Origin: a virus
Lineage: Duplodnaviria; Heunggongvirae; Uroviricota; Caudoviricetes
Strand: one strand, 5' to 3'
DNA length: 44,047 nucleotides
Virus record (IMG/VR): IMGVR_UViG_2671180473_000014
Positions 11,365 through 20,872 of this stretch are shown piece after piece. Both the position numbers and the translations under genes were made by a program. The number at the start of each line of letters is the position of its first letter. Position 1 is the first letter of the stretch. The notes under the pieces are model-generated. The model did not search any database. It saw only the letters and a program-made list of their open reading frames with translations, and was not told the DNA's origin.

Positions 11365-11741
11365 TTGTAAGCCTGTAAAACACCATGAAAAGCGTTGGCA
11401 TACACGCCAGTTGGCGCTTGTTGTGAATGACCGTTTTCAAGAGCCTCTGCATAAGGAAGGTTATTCTGGATATAAATAACCCCGTAATTTGCAGCTTTCG
11501 AAATAACCCCGATCCCACGCTGAACAGCAATCGTACCGTTCGGATCCACGTTATCAGATATACCAAAATCGGGATGCTGTAACGACACCAGGTTGTTATT
11601 TCTGAAACGTCCGGTATCAACCGGAGCAGCAATATCAATAGCAGTAAGAATCTGCATAGCGATGTAGCGAATCTTCAGCCCTACATCTTCCTCAATCATC
11701 CCGGCAAATATTGACGGTTCTATATCCCATGCCTTTGCCAT
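11361..11741 (-). CDS. HK97 gp10-like head-tail joining protein
   Basis: 126-aa ORF, 4-nt overlap with the downstream gene; position and size typical of HK97 gp10 family. Confidence 0.45.
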   Translation of the reverse strand: MAKAWDIEPSIFAGMIEEDVGLKIRYIAMQILTAIDIAAPVDTGRFRNNNLVSLQHPDFGISDNVDPNGTIAVQRGIGVISKAANYGVIYIQNNLPYAEALENGHSQQAPTGVYANAFHGVLQAYK

Positions 11742-12125
11742 TTACGCTCTCCTTAACTGGATAGAGTAAACTGATGCGGAAGGATCTACACTTGCTGTAA
11801 TTACCTCGTATCGTTGTAACTGCCTTGATACAGGATCATAAATCTCAATAATATGGTCGACAGCTGGTTTATCCGTAACCTCGCATACCAGAGCGGTTAA
11901 TTTAAGGTCACCATGCAAAATATTAATCCCATCAATTCTGCCCAGCTTATAACGTGTCAACACGCCTCGCCCGGTATAGATTGCGGTTGATTCGCCGCCA
12001 GTTTCCGTCACAGGATCCCAGTGCCGGTGCGTAACGTAAGAACCAGAAAAATCACTCACGGCGTCCGCTAAATCCTCATCAAAAGCAGCGGCAACCTCTG
12101 ACTGAATCTCTTCACGAAGCCCCAT
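11742..12125 (-). CDS. Head-tail adaptor / head closure protein
   Basis: 127-aa ORF whose start overlaps the upstream gene stop (ATGA-type coupling at 12125); synteny. Confidence 0.45.
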   Translation of the reverse strand: MGLREEIQSEVAAAFDEDLADAVSDFSGSYVTHRHWDPVTETGGESTAIYTGRGVLTRYKLGRIDGINILHGDLKLTALVCEVTDKPAVDHIIEIYDPVSRQLQRYEVITASVDPSASVYSIQLRRA

Positions 12126-12520
12126 TATCCCCCCCTCACAACCCTGACTTGTGAGCGACTAAGTCCGTACGGTTTCAGCAGTGCTATCGCAAGCTGTAAA
12201 TCGGGTTCAAGCAATGCAGTGCTGTTTGCTGGCAACTCAGAAAATGATTTCGATACACTGACCCCGTCAGCCGACACGGCTTTACTGATAACAACGCCAG
12301 AATCATTTTTCTGCTGAAACAACTTACCGAATGAGGCAATTCTGGCTGCATATGCTCCCGCAAGTTTTACCTCTTCCGGAATACGGGATGGGTTAATTTT
12401 CAGGTTGAAGCCATTAAGCCAGGCATTAGCCATTAAAACAGCTTTATTTTTAGCGTTCTCACTCGTCCAGGCGTTCCCAAACGCATTATCAACGTCATCA
12501 CAGGTCACGTAAGTGATCAT
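12125..12520 (-). CDS. Head-tail connector protein (gp6-like)
   Basis: 131-aa ORF following the major capsid gene; synteny and size. Confidence 0.45.
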   Translation of the reverse strand: MITYVTCDDVDNAFGNAWTSENAKNKAVLMANAWLNGFNLKINPSRIPEEVKLAGAYAARIASFGKLFQQKNDSGVVISKAVSADGVSVSKSFSELPANSTALLEPDLQLAIALLKPYGLSRSQVRVVRGG

Positions 12521-12523
12521 GTG

Positions 12524-12700
12524 TTACTCCTGAGTTTTCCAGCCCATAGCCTTCCAGTTGTCAACTTCATCAGGATGAACATTAGCGATAGTTGGTGCGC
12601 CGGGAAACATCTGATAATCGGTCACCATAACCACTAACTCAATTTGCGTTTTTTGTGCGGCTTCACGCTGTGCTCTTTGCTCTTTAGTTAATCCGGCCAT
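12524..12700 (-). CDS. Small hypothetical protein (58 aa) between capsid and connector genes
   Basis: ATG at 12698-12700 preceded by a G-rich stretch; translation MAGLTKEQRAQREAAQKTQIELVVMVTDYQMFPGAPTIANVHPDEVDNWKAMGWKTQE; below the 60-aa cutoff of the ORF track. Confidence 0.25.
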   Translation of the reverse strand: MAGLTKEQRAQREAAQKTQIELVVMVTDYQMFPGAPTIANVHPDEVDNWKAMGWKTQE

Positions 12701-12742
12701 ATGCCCCCCATTAAAAATGGGGCCGAAGCCCCGTTTGAATGT

Positions 12743-13882
12743 TTAACCAAGAATCAGACAACCATGTGCCGGCTTCACTGATGAAACACCCCATGCCAGT
12801 CCAACTTCATAGCGCACCTGGCGATACTGACGATACAGTGCAATCTGGAACGTAATCCCTGAAATCGGGTCCGTAACATTCATTACATCATCAGCATTAT
12901 CGCCACCTTCCGGCATTGCCGGAGTACGGGATGCCAGCAGAAACGCGTTGCGATCAAACGCCATATTTGCAGTAAAGGCCCCAACAACTGTGATGGCAGT
13001 ATCATCGGCCAGATCCTGACGCAGTCCGGGCGCTGCAAGAGTAATCAGATTGCTGGTCGCTGCTGCCACAACATACTGATTCGGATCACCAGCGAACGTA
13101 ACAATCTGACCTGCAGAAATACTCCCCGAACCAGTATCAATGGAAATAAGAACATCGCCTTCTTTTTTCTCTCCATTCACGAGATAACCAGTTGCAGCAA
13201 CCTTTGGCGCTCGTTTCACACCTGCCGAACTGTGAATATTGAATCCCTCCAGACGCCCCAACACGCCCTCACGCAGTAGCTGTTCAGTGCCGGATTCATT
13301 CACTTTAAACAATACAGACTGTTTTCCGCGCAAATTAGCAATGGCAGTGGAGCCAAGCACCATCTGCAGATCGGTTGTCGGTGCGCCGTTATCCTCCAGA
13401 ACCTGACGAGCCAGAGCAGCATCAGAAAGATCATCTTTAACACCAAACGGCGTTGTCCCTGCGGTTCCCACGGCGCGGGAAGCACCGAAATACAACGCAC
13501 CAAGATCAGCCTCAACCTCGTTTGCAAGGGCGCGAAAAGCCTGCTTGAACTGATCAGCCAGAATGGTGTTGTAAGTCCCTGAAGGGCCAAGAGCCAGTTG
13601 TTCTTCACCATTCCATTTAACCGGTGCCATTTTGGATTTAGTAATTTTTACATCAACAGTGCCAATATTTTGATCACCGGTATTCGGAGCTGACGGCCCC
13701 GGTACGATATCTTCGGTTTTCGCCTCAGGCGCAACTGGCGCGGTTACCGTCTGATCTTTTGCTGCGGCGTCAGCTTTTGCGTTTTTTGCTACCGCAGGGA
13801 TAAAACCTACCTGCTCACGGGATACAACATCCAGGGCGGTATAAATAGTCGGGATCAACCCGGTCAGGGTATTTCCAGCCAT
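12743..13882 (-). CDS. Major capsid protein
   Basis: 379 aa from ATG 13880-13882 (MAGNTLTGLIPTIYTALD...) with AAGGAA Shine-Dalgarno just upstream; follows the scaffold gene; the ORF track's longer version likely uses an upstream non-ATG start. Confidence 0.8.
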   Translation of the reverse strand: MAGNTLTGLIPTIYTALDVVSREQVGFIPAVAKNAKADAAAKDQTVTAPVAPEAKTEDIVPGPSAPNTGDQNIGTVDVKITKSKMAPVKWNGEEQLALGPSGTYNTILADQFKQAFRALANEVEADLGALYFGASRAVGTAGTTPFGVKDDLSDAALARQVLEDNGAPTTDLQMVLGSTAIANLRGKQSVLFKVNESGTEQLLREGVLGRLEGFNIHSSAGVKRAPKVAATGYLVNGEKKEGDVLISIDTGSGSISAGQIVTFAGDPNQYVVAAATSNLITLAAPGLRQDLADDTAITVVGAFTANMAFDRNAFLLASRTPAMPEGGDNADDVMNVTDPISGITFQIALYRQYRQVRYEVGLAWGVSSVKPAHGCLILG

Positions 13883-13980
13883 AATTAAATATTCCTTAAA
13901 AATTTGCGTAATTGTGAATAGATGGAGTAATGAGCTATCCAGCCCTGACACCAGCTCCCATCCGGAAGCTGACAAATGTG

Positions 13981-14745
13981 TTAATCAACGATTGTGATAC
14001 CGTCTTTCAATGCGTTTTGCTTACCTGCAACATCCAGTGCATCAAAAGCAGAGCGTTTCATCGTTTTCTGACCAATATCATGCTGTGTCGGACGGGAGCC
14101 GCCGCCATTGTTGCCACTGGCTTTCAGGATGTAGTCTTTCTGAGGGTAATTTTCGACAAGGAACTCCAGCGCCTCATCAAACTGCGCCAGTTCGCCAGGC
14201 TTCGCGCGGGAATAAATTTTGTTGCCGGAAGCGTCATAAGCAACGATCCTCCCTTCTTCCACTTTGAATGCCTGCCCGAAGCGGGCTTGTAATAAATCTG
14301 CCGGGATCGCAATTTTATCGGCAATATATTTTGAACCCGCAAAACTACCGCCAATCATAGAATCGTAAAGCTGCTTCTCCAGCATCTGAGAGCGTTGCTT
14401 TTCTTCATCTAATTGCTGCTGAAAATTTTTCGTAATTTCTGCCTTAACCTGGTCAACCTGTCCCGCATCGAGCAGCTTTTTCTGGTCGATTTTTGACAGC
14501 ATTTCCAGTGCCTCGATCGCCTTCTTCGGGTCTTCGATAGCGGCAAACTTAGCCAGTTTTTCCTCTGCAGCTTCTTTAGCCAGGCGATGATTTTTTGCCT
14601 CGCCATTAAGCTCTGTAATTTTTTTTGTCGCCAGCGGTGCATCGAAGCCAATTTCTTTACCATCGTCGTGCACATAAACTGGCAGGCCAGCAGTATCAAT
14701 TTCTGCGTATTGTTTTCCGTTAATCTCGACCGTTTTCAGTTTCAT
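13981..14745 (-). CDS. Capsid scaffolding protein
   Basis: About 254 aa from ATG 14743-14745 (MKLKTVEINGKQYAEIDTAG...); highly charged, coiled-coil-like central region (...EEKLAKFAAIEDPKKAIEALEMLSKIDQKKLLDAG...), between head-morphogenesis and capsid genes. Confidence 0.6.
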   Translation of the reverse strand: MKLKTVEINGKQYAEIDTAGLPVYVHDDGKEIGFDAPLATKKITELNGEAKNHRLAKEAAEEKLAKFAAIEDPKKAIEALEMLSKIDQKKLLDAGQVDQVKAEITKNFQQQLDEEKQRSQMLEKQLYDSMIGGSFAGSKYIADKIAIPADLLQARFGQAFKVEEGRIVAYDASGNKIYSRAKPGELAQFDEALEFLVENYPQKDYILKASGNNGGGSRPTQHDIGQKTMKRSAFDALDVAGKQNALKDGITIVD

Positions 14746-14849
14746 ATTAGTACCTGGTTTAAGTCTTCCGACAGTTACGCTGCTCACCATCCGGATCGCA
14801 GCAATAAAAAAGGCCACCCGAAGGTAGCCTGTTGTAATAAATGATTTAT

Positions 14850-15965
14850 TTAAATCCCTGCTTTTCTGAATACCTGTGCATCACGCTCACGGAGCTGCTT
14901 CAGCGTCAGCCATTCGCCTTTATCGGTGTAAAATTCATCTGGCGACATACCACCATCCCGAATCAGCTTTGCTCGGCTTTCCCCCACAATCTGTTTTTGT
15001 CTGGTGTAAGGCTGACGCAAAAACCATTCCCTGTAGGTTGTATCTCCGGCCACCACGCCATCCATGCTGGCCCGCTCAGCCGGGGAAATATCGCGAACAT
15101 CAATACCCAGTTCCTTCGCTGATTTCAGAATGAACGTTTCCGTTGAGCGGCAGCAGAAATGAATTTTTCCCGGCCCCTGCAAATAAGGCACGCTGTGACC
15201 TACAGGTTTATTATTCAGCGTATATTTGAGGCGATCCCTGATTCGACATTGTGGCGTAGTACGATTATCAAGCGTTGATAACCATTGCTTACCCTTAATC
15301 AAATCATTATTCGCGCTGGCAAAACTCTCACGGGCAGTAGCAGCAAGATGTCCAACCGCTGTTTTTGCAATGCTGGCCGCATTAGCCCGGCTCATCTGCA
15401 ATGCACCATCCTGAAATCCCTTACTGACATGTCCCCGAATTTTTCTTGCGATCTGCTCATTGGTATCCCCCAGCAAAAAACCCTGACGCACTGTATTTGT
15501 TATGCGTCTGAGCCGATCCGCCTCAAGATCTGAGGCCCACTCACTGAGCAGTCGTCCCTGGAATGGTCGCGCCATTGCAGCGGCATAAAGTGCATCAGGA
15601 GAGATACCAACCAGAGGGTGAACATCAGCAACAAAATCAGGTAGCATAGAATCAAACAGACTTAACTGATAACCAGCCTCATAAATTGCCAGCTCGTTCA
15701 GCTCTCCGGAGAGACTGGTAAACATGCTGTTAATAGCAGTGCGGTTAACCTCTCTGACGCTCGCCAGAAGTGACTCCAGGCGCTTAACGGTAAAACTACC
15801 TGGATCGAGGCTGTCCAGTGCTATCAGCAGGCGAGCAGTAAGTTCCGCATCGCTGTCATTCAGTATTTTCACCATTCTGGCAGCCACGCCAGTGCTATAG
15901 CGGGATATCCAGACTGCATGAGCAATTGATTCATCACGCAGCCGTTCATTCACGGTTTGCATCAT
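14850..15965 (-). CDS. Head morphogenesis protein (phage Mu F / SPP1 gp7-like minor head protein)
   Basis: 371-aa ORF immediately after the portal gene; sequence features consistent with the Mu F-like family; synteny. Confidence 0.7.
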   Translation of the reverse strand: MMQTVNERLRDESIAHAVWISRYSTGVAARMVKILNDSDAELTARLLIALDSLDPGSFTVKRLESLLASVREVNRTAINSMFTSLSGELNELAIYEAGYQLSLFDSMLPDFVADVHPLVGISPDALYAAAMARPFQGRLLSEWASDLEADRLRRITNTVRQGFLLGDTNEQIARKIRGHVSKGFQDGALQMSRANAASIAKTAVGHLAATARESFASANNDLIKGKQWLSTLDNRTTPQCRIRDRLKYTLNNKPVGHSVPYLQGPGKIHFCCRSTETFILKSAKELGIDVRDISPAERASMDGVVAGDTTYREWFLRQPYTRQKQIVGESRAKLIRDGGMSPDEFYTDKGEWLTLKQLRERDAQVFRKAGI

Positions 15966-17352
15966 TGATTTCCATCAGCATTACACTCTGATTTTTTAAT
16001 TCATCGATCACTTCCTCTGGACGGGAATCCTGATCGATAAATTTCAACGCCTGCAACACCCGAACCGCATCAATCTGACGTATATCACCGCCCTGACGCA
16101 ATGACTGAACAGCCAGCGCGGAGGATGAGTCAAACACCTGGGCAGATACATCCAGTTCAGTGCGCACATCCACATTGCCACCGCAACTCTCTCCGATCCA
16201 TTCCGCCATTATCTGGAGAATATTATCGAGGGCATCTTCGAGGGAGTTCGCCATTGTATAAAGCGGCGAGTTTTCCTGCATTCGCTCTTCATTAGTCTGA
16301 TCAACAGATTTGGTGGATGTATTTTCAGCACGCAGAAGTTTAGCGCCGGCATGACGCATCTGATTTTCCAGCTTCTCAAGTGATGTTTCGCCAGATTCTA
16401 TCGCTGCGCCACTATGTTCAACATATTCGAGGCCATTTTTTGTTCTGTCCTCAAAAATCGTAGCGGTGGATGCACCAACCGTCAGTTCTTCATTCCTGTC
16501 CAGCCCGTAGGCCACCAGCAATGGAACGCGGGCAACATGAAGAATATTGTCCTGCTCGCTCTGGCTTTGCCAGTGCTTGATATTCAGCAAGCCAAGATTA
16601 AGCAATGGCGGTGTACCACGCATAAATCCTGTTTTCTTCGTGTACAGTGTTACCAGAGGAATATCATCACGGCTGGTATTCCATGACTCATGAAGCGTCC
16701 AGACAGATTCGCCATTAGTGCCTTCGCTACGTCGATAAATTTCAACTCGACGGGGCATAATATGGCGGATCTGCTCCACCTTCTTCTGCCCGAAATCATC
16801 ACCATCAATAATGATGACCTCTTTTATACGCAAATCAGTGAGAACAACTTTCCCTTTTTCAACTTTCGATTTCCATCCAATAACCTGGCGTGGATTCAGC
16901 ATCGTAACGTACGGACGACCACCGGTCGCGTTTTCATCGGCTTTTGTCCGAATCTCTTTCATATCCGTTCGTGGATAGTCCACCAGCGCATGTGCCACAC
17001 CATACTGAAATGCGAGGCTGAAAAATTGCTGCGCCCACACATCCAGTCGGCTCCCCTCCATGTCGATATTTTCTGCATATTCCCTGATTTTTGCCGGCGT
17101 TTCCTCACTCAATACTGTCGGCTCTGCAAATATGCGCCCAATATTTTGCTTGATGCTTTCTTCATACACAGGAAGTAGCGTAGCCACAGACAGGCGTTTT
17201 TTATAAGCGTCTTCATCTTCGTTAGGCCATTTTGGGAGATAATTTTCCCCCTGCCTGCGCATTTCAAGCGTACCGCCCATCAGTGCGTCGTTAATATCCC
17301 ACGCCTCCAGCATATCGTTATAGTCGAGGTTGGGTGTTGATATATCAGCCAT
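15946..17352 (-). CDS. Portal protein
   Basis: 468-aa ORF directly downstream of the large terminase gene. Confidence 0.8.
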   Translation of the reverse strand: MADISTPNLDYNDMLEAWDINDALMGGTLEMRRQGENYLPKWPNEDEDAYKKRLSVATLLPVYEESIKQNIGRIFAEPTVLSEETPAKIREYAENIDMEGSRLDVWAQQFFSLAFQYGVAHALVDYPRTDMKEIRTKADENATGGRPYVTMLNPRQVIGWKSKVEKGKVVLTDLRIKEVIIIDGDDFGQKKVEQIRHIMPRRVEIYRRSEGTNGESVWTLHESWNTSRDDIPLVTLYTKKTGFMRGTPPLLNLGLLNIKHWQSQSEQDNILHVARVPLLVAYGLDRNEELTVGASTATIFEDRTKNGLEYVEHSGAAIESGETSLEKLENQMRHAGAKLLRAENTSTKSVDQTNEERMQENSPLYTMANSLEDALDNILQIMAEWIGESCGGNVDVRTELDVSAQVFDSSSALAVQSLRQGGDIRQIDAVRVLQALKFIDQDSRPEEVIDELKNQSVMLMEINDANRE

Positions 17353-17354
17353 AA

Positions 17355-18665
17355 TTAAATCCGAAGTGATGTGACTCTTCCGGTCGGTTTGACAATAGGG
17401 AATTGCTTAACGATGAAATAACCTCCGGCATCATTCGGGTGATCATTGCCAGATTTTTTATCAGGCTCCCCCTTCTCATCCCAGACCTGTTGCTCCAGAG
17501 ATTCGGCATATAACGGGCAACGCTTCACATTAACTTTATAGCGACGCTCACCATTGGCATTGCAGAACATTGCATTCATTGAGTTAACGCGATCTTTTAC
17601 TGGCGGGTTCGAGCTGTTCACCACAACGTTAAAACCAGCCTGCTTAAGCTGGGCTATATCCGTCGTACTTGCGTTACTTGATTTTCTGGAATCCCCGGAA
17701 GCATCTGGATAAATATAAATTTCCCTCACTTTCCGGTAATCATTCCCATCATACAGCCAGAAGCGTTCTTTAATGATGCGGATCATATCCGGCGTATCGT
17801 AGGCATTGATGATTTCAGTTACCGCACATGGAAGCCCCAAACGCAGCACATGGACGATTCCCGCCATCTTTCCAACGTTAAAATCCATCCCAATATAAAT
17901 CGGCTCCCCTGGCTGCTCCACTTCTTCGCAATTATTCAGTTTCCGGTCAAACTGATGGTAAACAGTACCACTTGTCAGGTTAGTAAACTGTCCTCGAAGA
18001 TAGGCTTTAATCAGCTCTGGAGGGTATGATTCAAGAAGCGAAGGAATGTAATCTGCTGGCAGGTTCTTTTCATTATCGAAAGTAGATGCCTGCACCAGAC
18101 CATACAGTGAGGCCAGCTCTGTTTTTTCACGCACGGCTTTAACAAACTGCTCGTAGACAAATTTGAATCCTTCCGGCGTGGTTGTAACGTCAATACCGTT
18201 GCGAAGTCCATCAATCTTATAACGCATACGTGCAATTATCTTGCGCCACGCCGTTCTGGCTTTTTCCTTCGGCAAAATGTCCAGTTCATCCACCAACGCA
18301 TTACCAATTTTGAAACCGACGATCGTTTGTGGCTTCTCCATCGATCTGCAGATAGTGGTTCCCCGATACTGGCGTCCGTAATAAAAGTGAACCTCTTTAT
18401 TTCCCTCATTAATTTTTACGTTCAATCCCCAGTCAGCAGCAACTTCTTCCACTGTAGGGTAAAAAATATCGCGAATTTGGGGATACGTTGGCGCAAAATA
18501 TCCCTGATTTATACCTGGATGCTCCCAAATCCCCTTGCATATGCCGCCACACCCAACCCATGTTTTGCCCGAGCCAAAACCAGCAATATAGGCTTTAAAT
18601 TTATGGGGCATTGAAAGAAATCGCGCCTGAGGCACATTAAGCGTCGGAGAGATCATCTTCATCAC
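17355..18665 (-). CDS. Terminase large subunit
   Basis: 436-aa ORF with Walker A motif ...AYIAGFGSGKTWVG... and nuclease-type C-terminal half; overlaps the small-subunit gene by 29 nt. Confidence 0.9.
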   Translation of the reverse strand: MMKMISPTLNVPQARFLSMPHKFKAYIAGFGSGKTWVGCGGICKGIWEHPGINQGYFAPTYPQIRDIFYPTVEEVAADWGLNVKINEGNKEVHFYYGRQYRGTTICRSMEKPQTIVGFKIGNALVDELDILPKEKARTAWRKIIARMRYKIDGLRNGIDVTTTPEGFKFVYEQFVKAVREKTELASLYGLVQASTFDNEKNLPADYIPSLLESYPPELIKAYLRGQFTNLTSGTVYHQFDRKLNNCEEVEQPGEPIYIGMDFNVGKMAGIVHVLRLGLPCAVTEIINAYDTPDMIRIIKERFWLYDGNDYRKVREIYIYPDASGDSRKSSNASTTDIAQLKQAGFNVVVNSSNPPVKDRVNSMNAMFCNANGERRYKVNVKRCPLYAESLEQQVWDEKGEPDKKSGNDHPNDAGGYFIVKQFPIVKPTGRVTSLRI

Positions 18666-19731
18666 TCCTTACTCTGGCATCAACCACATTAATATTGATC
18701 GCCACAGGCTGGGGATGTTCATTATCTTCCACCGTTTCGATCTCTTTGCGCAGCTTCTGGTTTTCCATTCTGCGCCGTTCAATTTCCAGTTCCCGTAGCC
18801 GCTTATCTGCACATAAAGCCCCGCCAGCAGAAAACAAACGCAACAATTCACGCCGGGCGGCAGCCTTATCCTCCAGCAGGATCTCAACGCCGAATTTTCC
18901 GAATTTTGCCCCTGCATATAATTGCCGCGCATCCCCATCAAGCAGAGTGGTATCAGCCATATAAAGCTGTCCCGTTCCCTCACCGCAGCACTTCGGGCAG
19001 TCCGGATTGGGTATGGCGTTATCAACAAAGCCGAGGCCTCCATATTCCGGTTCGGGTTTGCCATCTCTGGAAGCCTGCGCCGCTGCCTTGTCGAATTCTG
19101 CTATATCGCGCCACTGGTAGAGATGATTCTCGCCCCAGCAATAACGGCAGTTAACACGGCGAAATTGTGCAAGCTGATTGGGGTCGGCCAGGACAATAGC
19201 CATCAACTGACTCACTAGTAAATCCAGGTCTGCGGTATAGCGTTTCTGGTACTGATTGCGGAAGTAGCTGATAGCGCGAAAAACCCTGGCATTTCTAAGC
19301 ATACGACTGGCGTTGCTGTTAGCTGTCGCACCTTGCCCCTCATAACCGGCTAGTCGGTACGCCTCTGTCGGCTTTTTACCCTGAGCAACAAGCATCGCAA
19401 ACTTAGCCTGCTGGTCAGAAATGCCGAATTCATCGGGACAGAACGAAAATTCCTCCGCGTCGCCCTCATTCAGGCCCGCATCGAATACTGGCTTTTTTTC
19501 CTGAGATTTTTCGTTCCGCTTTTGTGCAGTCTGCGCAGATTTTTTCTGCGCACTTTTTTGCGCAGTTTTGCACATTTCTGTCTGCGCATTTTTCGGAGTT
19601 TTTTTGATGTAACGACGGGCTGTTGCGTAATTCAGTCCCCTTGCTTCACACCATGCCACCGGAGATATACCGGAGCGGGTGTATTCAGCAATATACTCCT
19701 GCTGCAACGCCCCCCAGTCCGGTCTGCTCAT
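18637..19731 (-). CDS. Terminase small subunit (long form, 364 aa, with Lys/Ala/Gln-rich low-complexity linker)
   Basis: N-terminal HTH-like region (...GISPVAWCEARGLNYATARRYIKK...), directly upstream of and overlapping the large subunit. Confidence 0.6.
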   Translation of the reverse strand: MSRPDWGALQQEYIAEYTRSGISPVAWCEARGLNYATARRYIKKTPKNAQTEMCKTAQKSAQKKSAQTAQKRNEKSQEKKPVFDAGLNEGDAEEFSFCPDEFGISDQQAKFAMLVAQGKKPTEAYRLAGYEGQGATANSNASRMLRNARVFRAISYFRNQYQKRYTADLDLLVSQLMAIVLADPNQLAQFRRVNCRYCWGENHLYQWRDIAEFDKAAAQASRDGKPEPEYGGLGFVDNAIPNPDCPKCCGEGTGQLYMADTTLLDGDARQLYAGAKFGKFGVEILLEDKAAARRELLRLFSAGGALCADKRLRELEIERRRMENQKLRKEIETVEDNEHPQPVAININVVDARVRSDEDDLSDA

Positions 19732-19734
19732 CAG

Positions 19735-19986
19735 TTAGTCCTGATTTTTATCCACCCTGAGTAGTTCGCGCAGAGCAAAGGCATCCCCTTTTCTGGCAAG
19801 CTTAAACAATGCCGCTCGTAACTCGGCTTCACCTTTCGCTCTGCCCTTACGGATGGCCGCATAAAAATCTGTCATTGCTTCCCGATTTTCTTTCAGTCGG
19901 TTCAGATCAACATCCAGAACGTCAGCGATTTGTTGTGCAGTCATCCGGCACGCTGCCAGAGACTCGACTTTCGAATACGGAATCAT
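19735..19986 (-). CDS. Hypothetical small protein (83 aa), possibly DNA-binding
   Basis: ORF MIPYSKVESLAACRMTAQQIADVLDVDLNRLKENREAMTDFYAAIRKGRAK...; start uncertain (alternative Met at 19944); helix-rich basic protein next to the terminase genes. Confidence 0.3.
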   Translation of the reverse strand: MIPYSKVESLAACRMTAQQIADVLDVDLNRLKENREAMTDFYAAIRKGRAKGEAELRAALFKLARKGDAFALRELLRVDKNQD

Positions 19987-20872
19987 TTGTCACCCCCATT
20001 GATATGCAGGGTGTCTTCTTCCTGTATTTTTCGTGAAGGATTTTTACTGCAGCGTTGTTCCAGGTGACCTGATGGTGAATGCGTTTATGACTGGCACCCA
20101 TAAGTGAGATTTTTACGCACGACGGCGCATACATGACGGAGTAAAAACTTTTAACGTAGGTTCCGGAATCCAGATACAGCTCGGTCATTCCGCCGCTGTT
20201 TTTCTGCGTCTGTTTCTGCCCTAACTGGACAGCACCGATCGTCATAAACAATTCACCACAGCGACCGAGATTCGTGTACGTATTCACATCCTCGTTAATG
20301 CGCCCCATGAATGAGAACGGTCGATCAACCGAACAGATAAAGCTGTTCATTGCCTTGCGTTTCACCCACGAAGCATGGCCGCCATTGTCACCAAGAAAAT
20401 CCCCGCCCTGCGACATAGCGATGGAAAGAGCAGGTATTGATTCGTAGTACGCAAGCATTTCAGAAAGGATCTCATCCAGTTTCCTTATCGGGAAATAGGC
20501 CTGGTCATAGTTGCGATCCACCCGAAACTGGAACTCGTGATAATCATCATCGAGCTGAATGAAGTATTTACACCCGACCAGTTTTGCCTGGTCGAAACAG
20601 GCATTACGGGCGTAAAAAATTGAGCGGCGGTCACTAAAATTATCGGCTTCGTCAAAACGACTAGCAATATCGGCTTTGGAAAATACCAGCACCTGTTCAC
20701 CAAATTCAGCCATGTACTGATGCCGTGTCTTATCTTCATCATCAACAACGATAAAAATTTTCCCGGTATAGCCAGCACGACGCAACGTCCGGTAAGTCAG
20801 AACTTTGTCCGGTCGCCCGTGAGTCAGAATAAAGGCGCAAAAATCATCACGCATATTCCTCCTCCCCGCCAT
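19922..20872 (-). CDS. Soluble GT-A-fold-like glycosyltransferase (putative)
   Basis: 316-aa ORF with N-terminal pattern FILTHGRPDKVLTYRTLRRAGYTGKIFIVVDDEDKT and a later IQLDDDYHEF (DxD-like) motif, as in family-2 glycosyltransferases; no hydrophobic transmembrane segments. Confidence 0.4.
   Translation of the reverse strand: MAGRRNMRDDFCAFILTHGRPDKVLTYRTLRRAGYTGKIFIVVDDEDKTRHQYMAEFGEQVLVFSKADIASRFDEADNFSDRRSIFYARNACFDQAKLVGCKYFIQLDDDYHEFQFRVDRNYDQAYFPIRKLDEILSEMLAYYESIPALSIAMSQGGDFLGDNGGHASWVKRKAMNSFICSVDRPFSFMGRINEDVNTYTNLGRCGELFMTIGAVQLGQKQTQKNSGGMTELYLDSGTYVKSFYSVMYAPSCVKISLMGASHKRIHHQVTWNNAAVKILHEKYRKKTPCISMGVTNDSVFESRVSGSVPDDCTTNR

Noticed and set aside
12743-13975. Extended 410-aa version of the major capsid ORF and extended 278-aa scaffold ORF (13981-14817)
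   Set aside because: The extensions rely on upstream alternative starts without an RBS; internal ATGs at 13882 and 14745 have proper Shine-Dalgarno context and give typical N-termini.
19922-20872. Interpreting the 316-aa glycosyltransferase-like protein as a GtrB-type serotype-converting bactoprenol glucosyltransferase
   Set aside because: GtrB proteins carry C-terminal transmembrane helices and sit with gtrA/gtrC next to the integrase. This protein has no hydrophobic segments, no flippase partner, and lies in the packaging operon.
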